From Vicinamibacterales bacterium (GTDB taxonomy: Bacteria; Acidobacteriota; Vicinamibacteria; Vicinamibacterales; UBA8438), in the NCBI GenBank assembly GCA_965197395.1, contig CBDANB010000007.1, positions 855,594 to 919,593 of the forward strand: a stretch of 64,000 nt of DNA, given 5' to 3'. Below, one piece after another: positions 1 through 10,308 of this stretch. Numbering within the stretch: position 1 is the stretch's first letter; every line of letters starts with the position of its first letter. The position numbers and the translations under genes are program-made. Below the pieces are notes generated by a model. The model saw only the letters and a program-made list of their open reading frames with translations, did no database searches and was not told the DNA's origin.

Positions 1-836
1 TCGGATAGGGCGAGCGTGATGGTGCGCCAATCGGGCGCGCTGGTCGCCGCATCGGTGACGAACGTGTCAAGCGACGGCCGCGCGCTGCCGGCGCCGACCG
101 CTGATACTTCGCCGAACATCACCGGCTCGGCCGACGTGACGATCGGCCCCTGTGGCGGCAACTCGCCCACCACTCGGAAGACGAGGTTGCCTGCCCACTG
201 ATACGACATCGCGGCGCCGCTGGCGACGATGATGGCAAGTGGCACCGCGGCCCAGAAGCCGGTCACGCTGTGCCAGTTGAAGTCCCGGGCGCGGGCGCGG
301 AGGCCGCGGCGATACCAGAGCGCCTGCCGCCATGCCGACCGCGTGGAGGCAAGTGGCCACCAGAGGTAGGCGCCACTCAGAATGAGAAACAGGAATCCGA
401 GATTGGCCGTCGCCGTGAACGTGCGTCCTACGATCCGGACGTCACCATTGAGCGCAAACCAGCGATGCATGTACATCGTGGCGCGCAGAAAGCGCCAGGT
501 GCGGGTGTTGCCGTCGCCCCGAATGTCGCCGGTGTACCGGTCGACGTAACGGTCGCCGGACTCGGACTGGACGACCAACGGGTTGTGTGGATCGGCGTCG
601 ACGGCAACGGCGGTGACGGTCGCTCCGGCCGGCCGGTCGCTCACGGCGCGGGCGACCAGTGTCTCGAGGTCGAGCGGGGAGGCGCCACGGGATGGCGTAG
701 CGCGATACGAAGCGCGCGCCCACTGATTGAGCTGTGCCTCGTAGGTCAGAATGACGCCGGTCACCGCCATCATGAGGATGACCAGCGCCGCGACTAGACC
801 GACCCCGAGATGAATCCAGAAGACGAGCTGGCGCAG
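1..836 (-). CDS. PepSY-associated TM helix (PiuB-like iron-regulated membrane protein), runs off the left edge; absent from the ORF track
   Basis: Manual translation: LRQLVFWIHLGVGLVAALVILMMAVTGVILTYEAQL...MHRWFAL...LILSGAYLWWP...RGLRARARDFNWHSVTGFW. Start codon unclear (AGGAG followed by GTC/CTG, no ATG/GTG). Confidence 0.85.
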   Translation of the reverse strand, partial: MRQLVFWIHLGVGLVAALVILMMAVTGVILTYEAQLNQWARASYRATPSRGASPLDLETLVARAVSDRPAGATVTAVAVDADPHNPLVVQSESGDRYVDRYTGDIRGDGNTRTWRFLRATMYMHRWFALNGDVRIVGRTFTATANLGFLFLILSGAYLWWPLASTRSAWRQALWYRRGLRARARDFNWHSVTGFWAAVPLAIIVASGAAMSYQWAGNLVFRVVGELPPQGPIVTSAEPVMFGEVSAVGAGSARPSLDTFVTDAATSAPDWRTITLALS

Positions 837-844
837 GGAGACGC

Positions 845-1055
845 CTACTCCTGGCTATCCGAATCGGCGCCGTCGCTGCTGCCGCCCGGACAGGCCGCCG
901 TCATCGCAGCGCCGACCGCGATGGATCCAGCCGCCACGGCCCGCCTGAAAGGAGCGGCGATTGACTCGACGCGACACGATGTCCTCGTCCCGCAGCTTCA
1001 GCTTCGCATCCGGTCGTGTCCCGTTCGTCGCCTTGTCGTTCGTCATGTCGGGCAT
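845..1055 (-). pseudogene. Small Tat-signal/lipobox Asp-rich peptide with an apparent 1-nt frameshift near 946-950
   Basis: ATG1055 reads MPDMTNDKATNGTRPDAKLKLRDEDIVSRRVNRRSF. Removing one base at TCCTTTCAGG continues RRAVAAGSIAVGAAMTAACPGGSSDGADSDSQE* (211 nt = 70 codons + 1). Confidence 0.6.
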
Positions 1056-1091
1056 CTTGGAGCCGGTGCGCGAATCTGTCAAGGTGAGGGG

Positions 1092-2264
1092 ATGACCGAC
1101 AGCTTCGCTTGGCTGATCGATCCGCTGCCGGTCGCCTCGTTCGAGGCGGAGTACTACGAGCGGAAGCTCTGCCACGTCGCCCGGTCCGACCCCGACTACT
1201 TCCGGACGGTCCTGAGGGTCGCTGACCTCGACACCGTTCTCGGCAGCCATGCGGCGACCCACCCCGACATCGGCCTCGTGCGCGGTGACACCGACGTGGC
1301 GGTCTCCGACTACGCGAACGACGCCGGCCGCGTCCAGCCACTCGGCGTCGCGCGGTGCTTCGACGAGGGAGCCACCATCGTCTATCGACAGCTCCATCGC
1401 CGCATCCCGGCCCTGGCTCGTCTCTGTGTGGCCCTCGGGCAGCGATTCGCGTCACGCGTGCAAACGAACGTCTACGTCACACCACCACACGCCCAGGGGT
1501 TCCGGCCGCACTGGGATACGCACGATGTCTTCGTCCTGCAGGTGCGGGGCCGCAAGCACTGGACGATCTACGACGGTGGTCCGACGCTGCCGCTCCGCGG
1601 CCAGCGGTTCGAGCCGGATGGCGGGTCGCCCGGGAGCGTCGTGTCGGAGTTCGAGCTGAGCGCCGGCAGCGTCGTCTATCTGCCACGCGGCGTCATGCAC
1701 GCGGCGCGATCGAGCAATGAGGCCTCGATCCACATCACGCTCGGGCTCACGGCGTTCACCTGGGCCGATTTTCTCATCGAGAGCGTGTCGGCCGTGGCGC
1801 TCGATGACGCGTCGCTTCGAGAGAACCTGCCGACCGCGTTCGCGCGCGATGCGTGCTCCGCGGATGAACGGGCGCGCCTGGTCCGCGACAAGCTCTCCGT
1901 CGTCGCGTCGAATCTCGAGGGCGAGCGGGTTTGGCAACGGCTGCACGACGAGGTGCTCGCGTCGAACATGCCGGTGATGACCGACCTGCTGGCCCGCCGG
2001 CTCGACGCCGAGCCGTTGGTCCCGACATCGCGCATTGGCCATCGTCCCGATCTGGTCGTCGAGAGCCGGCATGATGATGACGGTTGCCGTCTCCTGTTCG
2101 GCGGACAGGAGCTGCGGCTTCCGATGGCGGTCGGACCCGCTATCCAGTTCGTGACCACGACGCCCGAGTTCACGGTGGCCGACCTTCCCGATTGTCTCGA
2201 CGACGCCGGCAAGCTGACCCTGGTGTCGCGACTAGTACGCGAGGGCATCCTGCAGCGGCTCTAG
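1092..2264 (+). CDS. JmjC/cupin-4 2-oxoglutarate Fe(II) oxygenase (ROX/YcfD/NO66-like) with C-terminal winged helix
   Basis: HWDTHDVFVLQVRGRKHW (HxD, K) and distal H in GVMHAA. RBS GAGGGG before ATG1092; the ORF-track extension to 810 overlaps the opposite-strand peptide. Confidence 0.85.
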   Translation: MTDSFAWLIDPLPVASFEAEYYERKLCHVARSDPDYFRTVLRVADLDTVLGSHAATHPDIGLVRGDTDVAVSDYANDAGRVQPLGVARCFDEGATIVYRQLHRRIPALARLCVALGQRFASRVQTNVYVTPPHAQGFRPHWDTHDVFVLQVRGRKHWTIYDGGPTLPLRGQRFEPDGGSPGSVVSEFELSAGSVVYLPRGVMHAARSSNEASIHITLGLTAFTWADFLIESVSAVALDDASLRENLPTAFARDACSADERARLVRDKLSVVASNLEGERVWQRLHDEVLASNMPVMTDLLARRLDAEPLVPTSRIGHRPDLVVESRHDDDGCRLLFGGQELRLPMAVGPAIQFVTTTPEFTVADLPDCLDDAGKLTLVSRLVREGILQRL

Positions 2265-3456
2265 TGTCCTGTGTCAGAAATAAGTGAAATAAGTCATGGG
2301 GTCTCGGCGTATTGCTCTGTAAGGAGACGAGCGATGCGCACAGGACGTCCCAGAACCACCGTGACGCTGACCGCGGACGAACGACGGCAATTGGATTCGC
2401 TGGCCCACCGGTCGCGGAGCGCACCGGACGCTGCGCGGCGCGCCCGGATCATTCTGGCGTGCGCCGAGGGGCGTGAAACGACAGCCGTCGCCCGGCGCCT
2501 GCATGTCTCGGCGACGACGGTGTGCAAGTGGCGATCGCGATTTCTTGAGGAGCGAATGGACGGCCTGTTTGATGAACCACGACCTGGCACGCCGCGCACG
2601 ATCACGGATGACCAGATCGAGCGCATTGTCATTCGCACGTTGGAGACGACCCCGCGCGGCGCGACGCACTGGAGCGTCCGCGACATGGCCAAGGCGAGCG
2701 GCATCAGTCCCTCGTCCGTCAATCGCATCTGGCGCGCCTTCGGCCTGCAGCCGCATCGCACTGAGACGTTCAAGTTGTCGCCAGACCCCTTGCTCATCGA
2801 GAAAGTCCGCGACATCGTCGGCTTGTACATGGATCCGCCCGATCACGCGGTCGTCCTGTGCGTCGACGAAAAGTCCCAGATCCAGGCGCTGGATCGGACC
2901 CAACCGTTGCTGCCGATGCGTCCAGGCCAAGTCGAGCGGCGCACCCACGATTACAAGCGGCATGGCACGACGTCGTTGTTTGCCGCCCTCGATGTCAAAA
3001 CGAGTCGTGTGATTAGTCAGTTCCATCGCCGTCATCGGTCGGTCGAGTTCCGGCGGTTTCTCGACGCGGTGGATGCGGCCGTGCCCAGCGACCTCGACGT
3101 GCATCTCATTCTGGACAACTACGGCACGCACAAGACGCCGATCATCTGGAAGTGGCTCGCCAAGCGTCCGCGCTTTCACGTGCATTTCACGCCGACCTAC
3201 GGGTCGTGGCTCAACCTCGTGGAGCGCTGGTTCGCCGCGCTGACCACCCGCCAACTGCGTCGCGGTGCCCATCGCAGCGTCGCGCAACTCGAAGCCGCGA
3301 TTCAGGAGTTCATCGACGCGCATCATGTCGATCCGAAGCCGTTCGTCTGGACCAAAACAGCCGATGAGATCCTCGCGAGCATCGCGCGATTCGCGCAGCG
3401 CACCGCCGATGCCCAGGCCGCAACGACTTATTTCGCGAACCACTGACACAGGACAC
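2264..3456 (+). mobile_element. IS630-family element, copy 1
   Basis: TIR GTGTCCTGTGTCAG / CTGACACAGGACAC, TA duplicated at 2262-63 and 3457-58 in a CTAG context. Inserted in the JmjC stop codon, which the first G of the IS recreates. Confidence 0.92.
2334..3446 (+). CDS. IS630 transposase
   Basis: HTH N-terminus; [30 protein letters not shown] (DDE). AAGGAG RBS. Confidence 0.95.
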   Translation: MRTGRPRTTVTLTADERRQLDSLAHRSRSAPDAARRARIILACAEGRETTAVARRLHVSATTVCKWRSRFLEERMDGLFDEPRPGTPRTITDDQIERIVIRTLETTPRGATHWSVRDMAKASGISPSSVNRIWRAFGLQPHRTETFKLSPDPLLIEKVRDIVGLYMDPPDHAVVLCVDEKSQIQALDRTQPLLPMRPGQVERRTHDYKRHGTTSLFAALDVKTSRVISQFHRRHRSVEFRRFLDAVDAAVPSDLDVHLILDNYGTHKTPIIWKWLAKRPRFHVHFTPTYGSWLNLVERWFAALTTRQLRRGAHRSVAQLEAAIQEFIDAHHVDPKPFVWTKTADEILASIARFAQRTADAQAATTYFANH

Positions 3457-3481
3457 TAGCTCAGGGCGGGACGAACGGACG

Positions 3482-4168
3482 ATGAGGCGTCGACGCATCC
3501 GGGTGGCGCTGGTCGGCGTCGGCGTGGGGATGATCGTCGTGCCCACGCTGCTCGTCCTGCCGCTCCGCTGGCTCGCCCCGCCGACCACCGCCTTCATGGT
3601 GGGGCATTGGATGCGCGCCGAGGCGCCACAGTACCAGTGGACGGCGTGGGAGGGCATCGCGCCCGAAGCGGCCCTGGCCGTCATCGCCGCCGAGGATCAG
3701 ACCTTCCTCGACCATGCCGGCTTCGACGTCGACTCCATCCAGGACGCGTGGGCGGAAGCGCGACGTGGCGGCCGCCGCCGCGGCGCCAGCACGATCTCGC
3801 AGCAGGTGGCCAAGAACCTGTTCCTCTGGTCAGGCGGCGGATTCTTCCGGAAAGGGATCGAAGCCTATCTGACCCTGTACATCGAAACGTGGTGGCCGAA
3901 ACAGCGGATCTTGGAGGTGTACCTCAACGTCGCCGAGTTCGGGCACGGCATCTACGGCATTACGGCCGCCAGCGACCACTACTTCGGCGTGACGCCCGCT
4001 GCGATCACCGCGCCGCAGACTGCCCTCCTGGCCGCGGTACTGCCGAGTCCGAAGCGGCTGCGCGTGGACGAGCCGTCTGACTACGTGCGCGAGCGCCAAG
4101 CCTGGATTCGCGGACAGATGGCGCAGTTCGGCGGACCGGCATTTCTCGAGCCGCTGTACACCCGCTAG
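3482..4168 (+). CDS. mtgA: Monofunctional biosynthetic peptidoglycan transglycosylase
   Basis: IAAEDQTFLDHAGFD, RGASTISQQVAKNLFLW, RKGIEA, LEVYLNVAEFG GT51 motifs. Confidence 0.93.
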   Translation: MRRRRIRVALVGVGVGMIVVPTLLVLPLRWLAPPTTAFMVGHWMRAEAPQYQWTAWEGIAPEAALAVIAAEDQTFLDHAGFDVDSIQDAWAEARRGGRRRGASTISQQVAKNLFLWSGGGFFRKGIEAYLTLYIETWWPKQRILEVYLNVAEFGHGIYGITAASDHYFGVTPAAITAPQTALLAAVLPSPKRLRVDEPSDYVRERQAWIRGQMAQFGGPAFLEPLYTR

Positions 4169-4400
4169 TCGAGGCGCGTCCACTCGACGGTTCGGCCGAG
4201 CCAGCGGATTCCGATCCACCCTCGTACCTTCAGCACGCCGTCTTTAAACTCGAGATCGGCCTTGTACTGCTTGCCGTTCTCCGGGTTGTAGATCCGCCCG
4301 TGCTTCCACTTCCCGTCGGTGAACTCGAAGTTGAGGATGAAATCTGTGCCGACCAACGACCGGTCGCGTAGCGTCGGGTCTGGCTTGTGGAGATCTCGCC
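4165..4400 (-). pseudogene. DUF2147-family protein, C-terminal remnant
   Basis: KPDPTLRDRSLVG...GRIYNPENGKQY...LKVRGWIGIRWLGRTVEWTR. The N-terminal half is replaced by unrelated sequence. Confidence 0.7.
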
Positions 4401-4439
4401 CACCCGCCGGTGGCTCGTCGCAGAAGTGGCGGCCGCCTG

Positions 4440-4865
4440 ACCACTGGCTACAAATCCGCGACATCCCGAGGGCGTGGATCGCGGTGTCCCCTGACGGGCG
4501 ATATGCCGCGTACACTGTGGACGAGTCCGGCCAGCGGAGCGTGTATCTCACGGTGTTCCCGAGCGGCGAGGGCCGGTGGAAGGTATCGCTCGACGAAGGG
4601 CAGACCCCGCGCTGGGCCGCTGATGGGGACAGGATCCTTTACACGGCGGGGCGGCAGCTCGTGATCGTCCCAGTGTCAACCGATCCGGAGGTCCGCATTG
4701 GGACGGCGGACGTGCTCCTCGACCTCCCCGAGGAGTTCCCGGGCTTCTACGAGGTGGCTGCGGACGGTGACGAGCTCATCGGCGTTCGCCCAGGTGGGCG
4801 GCGAGGTTGCGTCGTCAATCGTCGTGGTGCAGCACTGGTACCTGGAGTTCGCGAATCAGGACTGA
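4440..4865 (+). pseudogene. C-terminal TolB/PD40 propeller remnant of a kinase-TolB protein, frameshifted near 4790
   Basis: VSPDGRYAAYTVDESGQRSVYL...GRWKVSLDEGQTPRW, then shifted frame IVVVQHWYLEFANQD*. Confidence 0.7.
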
Positions 4866-4883
4866 GAGCACGTCATCAGCGGC

Positions 4884-4990
4884 ATGCCAGTTTCAGTAGG
4901 CGCCACCCTTGGCCCGTACGCCGTCACCGCCCAGACGGCCAAGGCGGCATGGCCGAGGTGTACCGCGCCCGTGACACGAGCTCGACCGGG
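4884..4990 (+). pseudogene. Ser/Thr kinase N-terminal remnant
   Basis: MPVSVGATLGPYAVTAQ, then (shifted) GGMAEVYRARDT; truncated thereafter. Confidence 0.75.
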
Positions 4991-5712
4991 ACGCGTCTTC
5001 TTCCACCCATTCATTGTTGGAGGTGCGCACATGTTGGATCGACGTCGGTTCAATGCGTTGCTAGCGGGCGCAACCGGCTGGGTCGCGCTCGGCCCGATCG
5101 GAACGGCCGCCGCCCAACGACAGTCGCGCGGAGCCGTTTATGCCAGCGTGGACGCCCGGCTCTACAGGATTCGTCATGACGGCAACACTCTGGCTCGAGA
5201 GCCCCGCCCCCTAATCCTTCCCGCTCAGGTGCAAGAGGCGTGGCCGCATCCTTCTGGCAGGTATTTCTACGTCGCAAGCAGCGATGAACGCACGTCGACA
5301 AGTCCCGTGAGGCATCACTATCTGAACGCGTTCCACGTGAACTCGTTGGGAGACCTCAGACCATTCGGAGGGGCCGTCCAACTGGCACATCGGCCGATCT
5401 ACATCACTGTCGACCACCGCGGCGAGTATTTGATATCGGCATACAGTGGGCCGAGTGGGATTTCAGTTCATCGTCTCAATACTGATGGGTCGATCGGCGA
5501 CCAAATCGAACAAGAAGCGACCCTCAACGTCGGATTCTATGCTCACTGCGTATTCCGGAGGATCTTGAACACCGATTCCGGGCGAACGTGAACACGGTTT
5601 CCGGGAAGTTGAACACCGATTCCGGGCATCGTGAACACCGATTCCGGTGATTGTGAACGCTCGTCGGTAGCGAGGTGAGGCACGCTGCGTCTCCCGAAAG
5701 GAGGACGCCGCG

Positions 5713-7272
5713 ATGCCAGTACCGAGGCTATCGATGAGGAAAATCCGCGAGGTTCTACGACTCAAGCACGACCGGGGCCTGAGCCACCGGGCGGTGGCGC
5801 ACGCCTGCGCGATCGGCGTCGGCACGGTCACGCTCTATCTGCAGCGGGCGACCGCCTGCGGGGTGGGCTGGCCAGTGCCGGCCGAGCTGGACGATACGGC
5901 GCTCGAGGCCCGGTTGTTTCCGCGGGCCGCGCCGATGCGGGACCGGATCCGGCCCGATTGCGCGGAGATCCACCGTGAGCTCAAGCGCGTCGGGGTCACG
6001 CTGCAGCTCCTGTGGCAGGAGTATGCCCAGGTCCATCCCGACGGCTACCGCTACAGCCAGTTTTGCGAGATCTACCGGCGCTGGGCTCGGCGCCTCCGGC
6101 CGTCGATGCGTCAGGTGCATCGGGCCGGCGAGAAGACCTTCATCGACTTCTCGGGTAAACGGCCCACGGTCGTTGATCGGCGCACCGGCGAGGAACGGCC
6201 GGTCGAGCTCTTCGTCGCTGTCCTCGGGGCGAGCAGCTACACCTACGCCGAGGCGACCGCCAGCCAGCAGCTGCCGGACTGGGTCGGGGCGCACACCCGC
6301 ATGGTCGCGTACTTCGGCGGCGCGACGGGCCTCTGGGTCCCGGACCAGCTGAAGAGCGCCATCACGCGGTCCTGCCGCTATGAGCCCGGCGTCAATCGCA
6401 CCTACGAGGAGCTCGCCGCGCACTACGGCGCCGTCGTGGTCCCCGCCCGCCCCTACAAGGCCCGCGACAAGGCCAAGGCGGAGGCGGCCGTCCTGGTTGC
6501 CCAGCGGTGGATTCTCGCCCGCCTCCGGCACGAGACGTTCTTCAGCCTGGCCGCGCTGAACGTGGCCATCCGCGCCCTGCTCGACGAGCTCAACGACCGC
6601 CCGTTGCAGAAGCTGGGGGTCAGCCGCCGCACGCTCTATGCGCGGCTTGACCGCCCGGCACTCCAGCCCCTCCCCGCCACTCGCTACGTCGTGGCGCAGT
6701 GGAAGCCTTGCCGCGTCAACATCGATTACCACGTCGAGGTCGCACGGCACCCCTACAGCGTCCCGTACCAACTCATCCACGAGCTGGTCGAGGCGCGGTA
6801 CACCACCACGACCGTCGAGCTGTTCTACAAGGGTCGGCCGCTGACGTCGCATCGTCGGCGCTATGACGGGCAGCCCTCCACCAAGCCGGAGCACATGCCC
6901 AGGGCCCACCGGGCGCATGCCGAGTGGACCCCGTCGCGGCTCATCCGCTGGGCTGAGCAGACCGGCCCCGCCACGGGGCGGCTCGTTGCCGAGATCCTGC
7001 AGCGCCGCCCGCACCCTGAGCAGGGCTATCGCGCCTGTCTGGGGATCATGCGCCTGGGCCGGACGTACGGCGACGCACGGCTCGAGGCCGCCAGCGCGCG
7101 CGCCGTCGCCCTCGGCTCGTACCGCTATCGCACCATCAAGAACATCCTCGCCTCGGCCCAGGACCGCCTGCCCCTGGAGGCCCCGCCGGAGGCGACCCCG
7201 ACGCCCACGCACGCCAACATCCGCGGCGCCGCCTACTATGCGCCGCCCACCCCCGAGGAAGACCGATGCTGA
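5713..7272 (+). CDS. istA: IS21 transposase IstA
   Basis: FIDFSG, VPDQLKSA, RDKAKAEAAV, YSVP motifs. Confidence 0.95.
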   Translation: MPVPRLSMRKIREVLRLKHDRGLSHRAVAHACAIGVGTVTLYLQRATACGVGWPVPAELDDTALEARLFPRAAPMRDRIRPDCAEIHRELKRVGVTLQLLWQEYAQVHPDGYRYSQFCEIYRRWARRLRPSMRQVHRAGEKTFIDFSGKRPTVVDRRTGEERPVELFVAVLGASSYTYAEATASQQLPDWVGAHTRMVAYFGGATGLWVPDQLKSAITRSCRYEPGVNRTYEELAAHYGAVVVPARPYKARDKAKAEAAVLVAQRWILARLRHETFFSLAALNVAIRALLDELNDRPLQKLGVSRRTLYARLDRPALQPLPATRYVVAQWKPCRVNIDYHVEVARHPYSVPYQLIHELVEARYTTTTVELFYKGRPLTSHRRRYDGQPSTKPEHMPRAHRAHAEWTPSRLIRWAEQTGPATGRLVAEILQRRPHPEQGYRACLGIMRLGRTYGDARLEAASARAVALGSYRYRTIKNILASAQDRLPLEAPPEATPTPTHANIRGAAYYAPPTPEEDRC

Positions 7273-8027
7273 TTGAACAGACGCTCGAGAAACTGCACGC
7301 CATGAAGCTCAGCGCCATGGCCGAGGCCGTCCAGCAGCCGCTCCACAGCGATGACGCCGCCACGCTCAGCTTTGAGGACCGCCTCGGGCTGCTGGTCGAC
7401 GCCGAGTGGACCGCCCGCGAGCAACGGAAGCTCCAGCGACGGCTGCACACGGCCAAGCTCCGCTATGCCACCGCCGCGCTTGAGGCGGTCGACTTCACCC
7501 ACCCCCGCCGACTCCACCGCCAGCAGGTCCTCACGCTGGGCAGCTGCGCCTGGATCGCCGAGCGCCACAACCTACTGATCACCGGGCCGACCGGCATCGG
7601 CAAGAGCTTCCTCGCCTGTGCCTTCATCGAGCGGGCGTGTCGGCGCGGCTTCACGGCGCGCTACGTCCGCATGCCGCGCGTGCTGCACGAGGTGGCGGTC
7701 GGCCGGGGGGATGGGTCCTACACGCGGCTGCTGGCGCGCCTCGCCAAGCTCGATCTGCTCGCGATCGACGACTGGCTGCTCGCGCCGCTGCGCGACGCCG
7801 AGCGGCGCGACCTCACCGAGATCATCGAAGACCGGGCCGAACGGGCCTCCACCCTCATCGCCAGCCAGCTCCCCGTGACCGACTGGCATGCCGGGATCGG
7901 GGACCCGAACCAAGCCGACGCGATCTGCGACCGGCTGCTCCACGATGCGCACCGCCTCGAGCTGAAGGGTTCCTCGATGCGGCGCACGAACGCGTCCCCG
8001 ACGCCACCGCCGCAGGCCACGCCGTGA
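7266..8027 (+). CDS. istB: IS21 helper ATPase IstB
   Basis: Walker A GPTGIGKS, Walker B LLAIDDW, ADAICDRLLH; overlaps the istA end. Confidence 0.95.
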   Translation: MLIEQTLEKLHAMKLSAMAEAVQQPLHSDDAATLSFEDRLGLLVDAEWTAREQRKLQRRLHTAKLRYATAALEAVDFTHPRRLHRQQVLTLGSCAWIAERHNLLITGPTGIGKSFLACAFIERACRRGFTARYVRMPRVLHEVAVGRGDGSYTRLLARLAKLDLLAIDDWLLAPLRDAERRDLTEIIEDRAERASTLIASQLPVTDWHAGIGDPNQADAICDRLLHDAHRLELKGSSMRRTNASPTPPPQATP

Positions 8028-8885
8028 TCAGCACCCGGCCGACCGGCGGCTGCCACGGGGGGTAGACAGGTAGGGCGAGGTCGAGCAATCGCCTCTCAGG
8101 GCATCCTCGTCGGTCGTTTCGAGGCCGAGGCCTATGGATCCTGCCAGCGGTATGGAAAACGCGTTCGGGCGCCCAGGAGGACAGCGGCGCCAGGGCACGC
8201 GTTTCCCACACCGCTTTGGACGGCGCACACGGCGCGCCGCCCACAGGCTCCACAGGGTCATCATCTGCATGCACAAACACGACAACGCGAGTAGGATATC
8301 CAAGACCCGTGACGACCACGATGGAAGGAGACTGACCGACACACGTCGCTTCGCTCCGACGAGCGTTCACCTTCGTCGGAATCGGCGTTCACGATCCTCG
8401 GAATCCGTGTTCAACTTCAGCGGAATACGCACTCACGGCGTTCGCGTCATGCCCACGAATCGTGCGGTCCTGCTGATCACGCGGGGCAACGAACCGGTCC
8501 CCGGCATGAGAACGGAGGATCCAGGAGCTCTGTATATATATGGCTTCGAGAACGGCCAGCTGACCAACAAGCAGTCGGTGGCGCCCAACCAGGGCTTGGC
8601 ATACCGCGTTCGGCACGCCGACTTTCATCCCACTGGAAGATGGGTCTACGTAGATTTGGAAGCCCAAAACCTGCTTCACACCTACAGCATTCGAGCTGAC
8701 GACACGCTTTCGGAAGAGCCCGTGTTTGTCAGCACCACGTTAGCCTCGCCATCAACATCGAGAGGAGGGCAGACAACATCGTCGATTCGCATGCATCCAA
8801 CGAATGGCAGGATCTTGTACGTCGCGAACCGGGGCCGGGGTACAGAAGTGTTTCAGGGCGAGAGAGTGGCGAATGGTACCGAAAA

Positions 8886-10308
8886 GAGATATTGTCAATA
8901 GTTGTGGATCGGCGCTCGGCGTGATCAGGCGGCCTCCTTCCGATTCCCCGCGGTATTGCGTTCCTTCTGCACCCCGTCGACGAAGACCACGCCCGCACGA
9001 ACGAGCGGCAAGAGGTGTGCGCCGTTGAGGCGCCGCCAGCGATGCTGCGCCATGTCCAGCAGCTTGTAAGCCATCAGCAGCCCCTTCGTGCGGGAGCCCG
9101 CACCTTTGGTGACCCGTTGCCGTAGCCGGACGGTCGCGAAGGGCGACTCGATGACGTTGGTCGTCCGCAGGTGGATCCAGTGCTCAGCGGGGAACGCGAA
9201 GAAGGTGAGCAGGGACTCCCGGTCAGCCGCCAGGCACGCCGCCGCCTTCGGATACTTGGCCCCGTACTCGGTCACGAAGCCCTTGAGGTGTTCTTCGGCC
9301 TGCTCTCGCGTGTCGGCCGCCAGGATGTCGTGGAGCACGCGCTTCGCCTTCGGCTGGAGGCGCTTCGGCAACTTGTCGAGCACGTTGCCCAGCTTGTGGA
9401 ACCAGTCGCGTTGCTCGGCCGTGTCCGGCCAGACGTCCCGGACGGCCGCCCAGAAGCCCAGGGCGCCGTCGCCGACCGCGACCACGGGGGCCTGCAGGCC
9501 GCGGCGCTGGAGATCACGCAGCACCTCCGCCCAACTGTCCGTGCTCTCACGGTAGCCGTCCTCGAGCGCGACGAGCTCCTTGGTCCCGTCGGGCCGGACC
9601 CCGATCATCACCAGCGTGCAGAGCCGGTCGTCCTCAAGCCGGATGTTGAAGTGGATGCCATCCACCCAGACATACACGTAGTCGCAGGCGGCCAGGTCCC
9701 GCTGGCGGAATTGCCGATACTCGGCCTCCCACACCGCGGTCAAGCGCGCGATGTTAGTCGCACTCAAGCCGGCCGCGTCGTCCCCGAGCAGCACGGGCAG
9801 CGCCTCGCGGAAGTCCCCCGTCGACAACCCGCGCAGATACAGAATCGGCAACACCTCGGCGACCTTGGGAGAGCGCCGCATGTACGGCGGGAGAATGCGA
9901 CTGGTGAACCGCTCACGCTGACCCGCCCCATCCACCCGCTTGTCGTTCACGCGGGGCGCTTGCACCTCGAGCGTCCCTGCGCCGCACGTCACTTTGCGCG
10001 CCTTGCCCCGGCCGTTGCGGACCACCAGCCGGCGACCTGCCTCGTCGTGCGCGGCCTGGTGCGTCTCCACATACTGCGCGACCTCGGCTGCCAGGGCCGT
10101 CATCAGCATCCGCCGAGCCCCTTCCCGGGCCAGCTCATCGAGGGTCCGCTCCTCCGTCCCCTCTTCCGTTTCCGCGGCCGTGTCGAGTACCTTCAGCATG
10201 GGTGGCGTCTCCTTTCACCGGCCTACCAGCCGGCATTTTCGCGTTTGTCACGCGAAAGGATACGCCGCCTTCTTCACGCTGCCGATCCACAACTTCCGGT
10301 TATATCTC
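8886..10308 (-). mobile_element. IS256-family element
   Basis: 28-bp imperfect TIR GAGATATTGTCAATAGTTGTGGATCGGC / GCCGATCCACAACTTCCGGTTATATCTC; 9-bp TSD TACCGAAAA (8877-85, 10309-17). Confidence 0.93.
8925..10199 (-). CDS. IS256 (mutator-type) transposase
   Basis: LYLRGLSTGDF, WVDGIHF, VGDGALGFW, TTNVIESPF. Confidence 0.95.
   Translation of the reverse strand: MLKVLDTAAETEEGTEERTLDELAREGARRMLMTALAAEVAQYVETHQAAHDEAGRRLVVRNGRGKARKVTCGAGTLEVQAPRVNDKRVDGAGQRERFTSRILPPYMRRSPKVAEVLPILYLRGLSTGDFREALPVLLGDDAAGLSATNIARLTAVWEAEYRQFRQRDLAACDYVYVWVDGIHFNIRLEDDRLCTLVMIGVRPDGTKELVALEDGYRESTDSWAEVLRDLQRRGLQAPVVAVGDGALGFWAAVRDVWPDTAEQRDWFHKLGNVLDKLPKRLQPKAKRVLHDILAADTREQAEEHLKGFVTEYGAKYPKAAACLAADRESLLTFFAFPAEHWIHLRTTNVIESPFATVRLRQRVTKGAGSRTKGLLMAYKLLDMAQHRWRRLNGAHLLPLVRAGVVFVDGVQKERNTAGNRKEAA

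Larger units (their letters stand above)
5547..8431 (+). mobile_element. IS21-family element
   Basis: Ends TGCGTATTCC / GGAATACGCA, several TGAACAC-GATTCCGG subterminal repeats at both ends, 5-bp TSD CTCAC (5542-46, 8432-36). Confidence 0.93.

Noticed and set aside
810-1091. 94-aa N-terminal extension of the JmjC protein in the ORF track
   Set aside because: It overlaps the opposite-strand peptide and PepSY start; a good RBS precedes ATG1092.
5547-5660. Short regularly spaced repeats resembling iterons or a mini-CRISPR
   Set aside because: They are the IS21 subterminal transposase-binding repeats, mirrored at 8363-8431.
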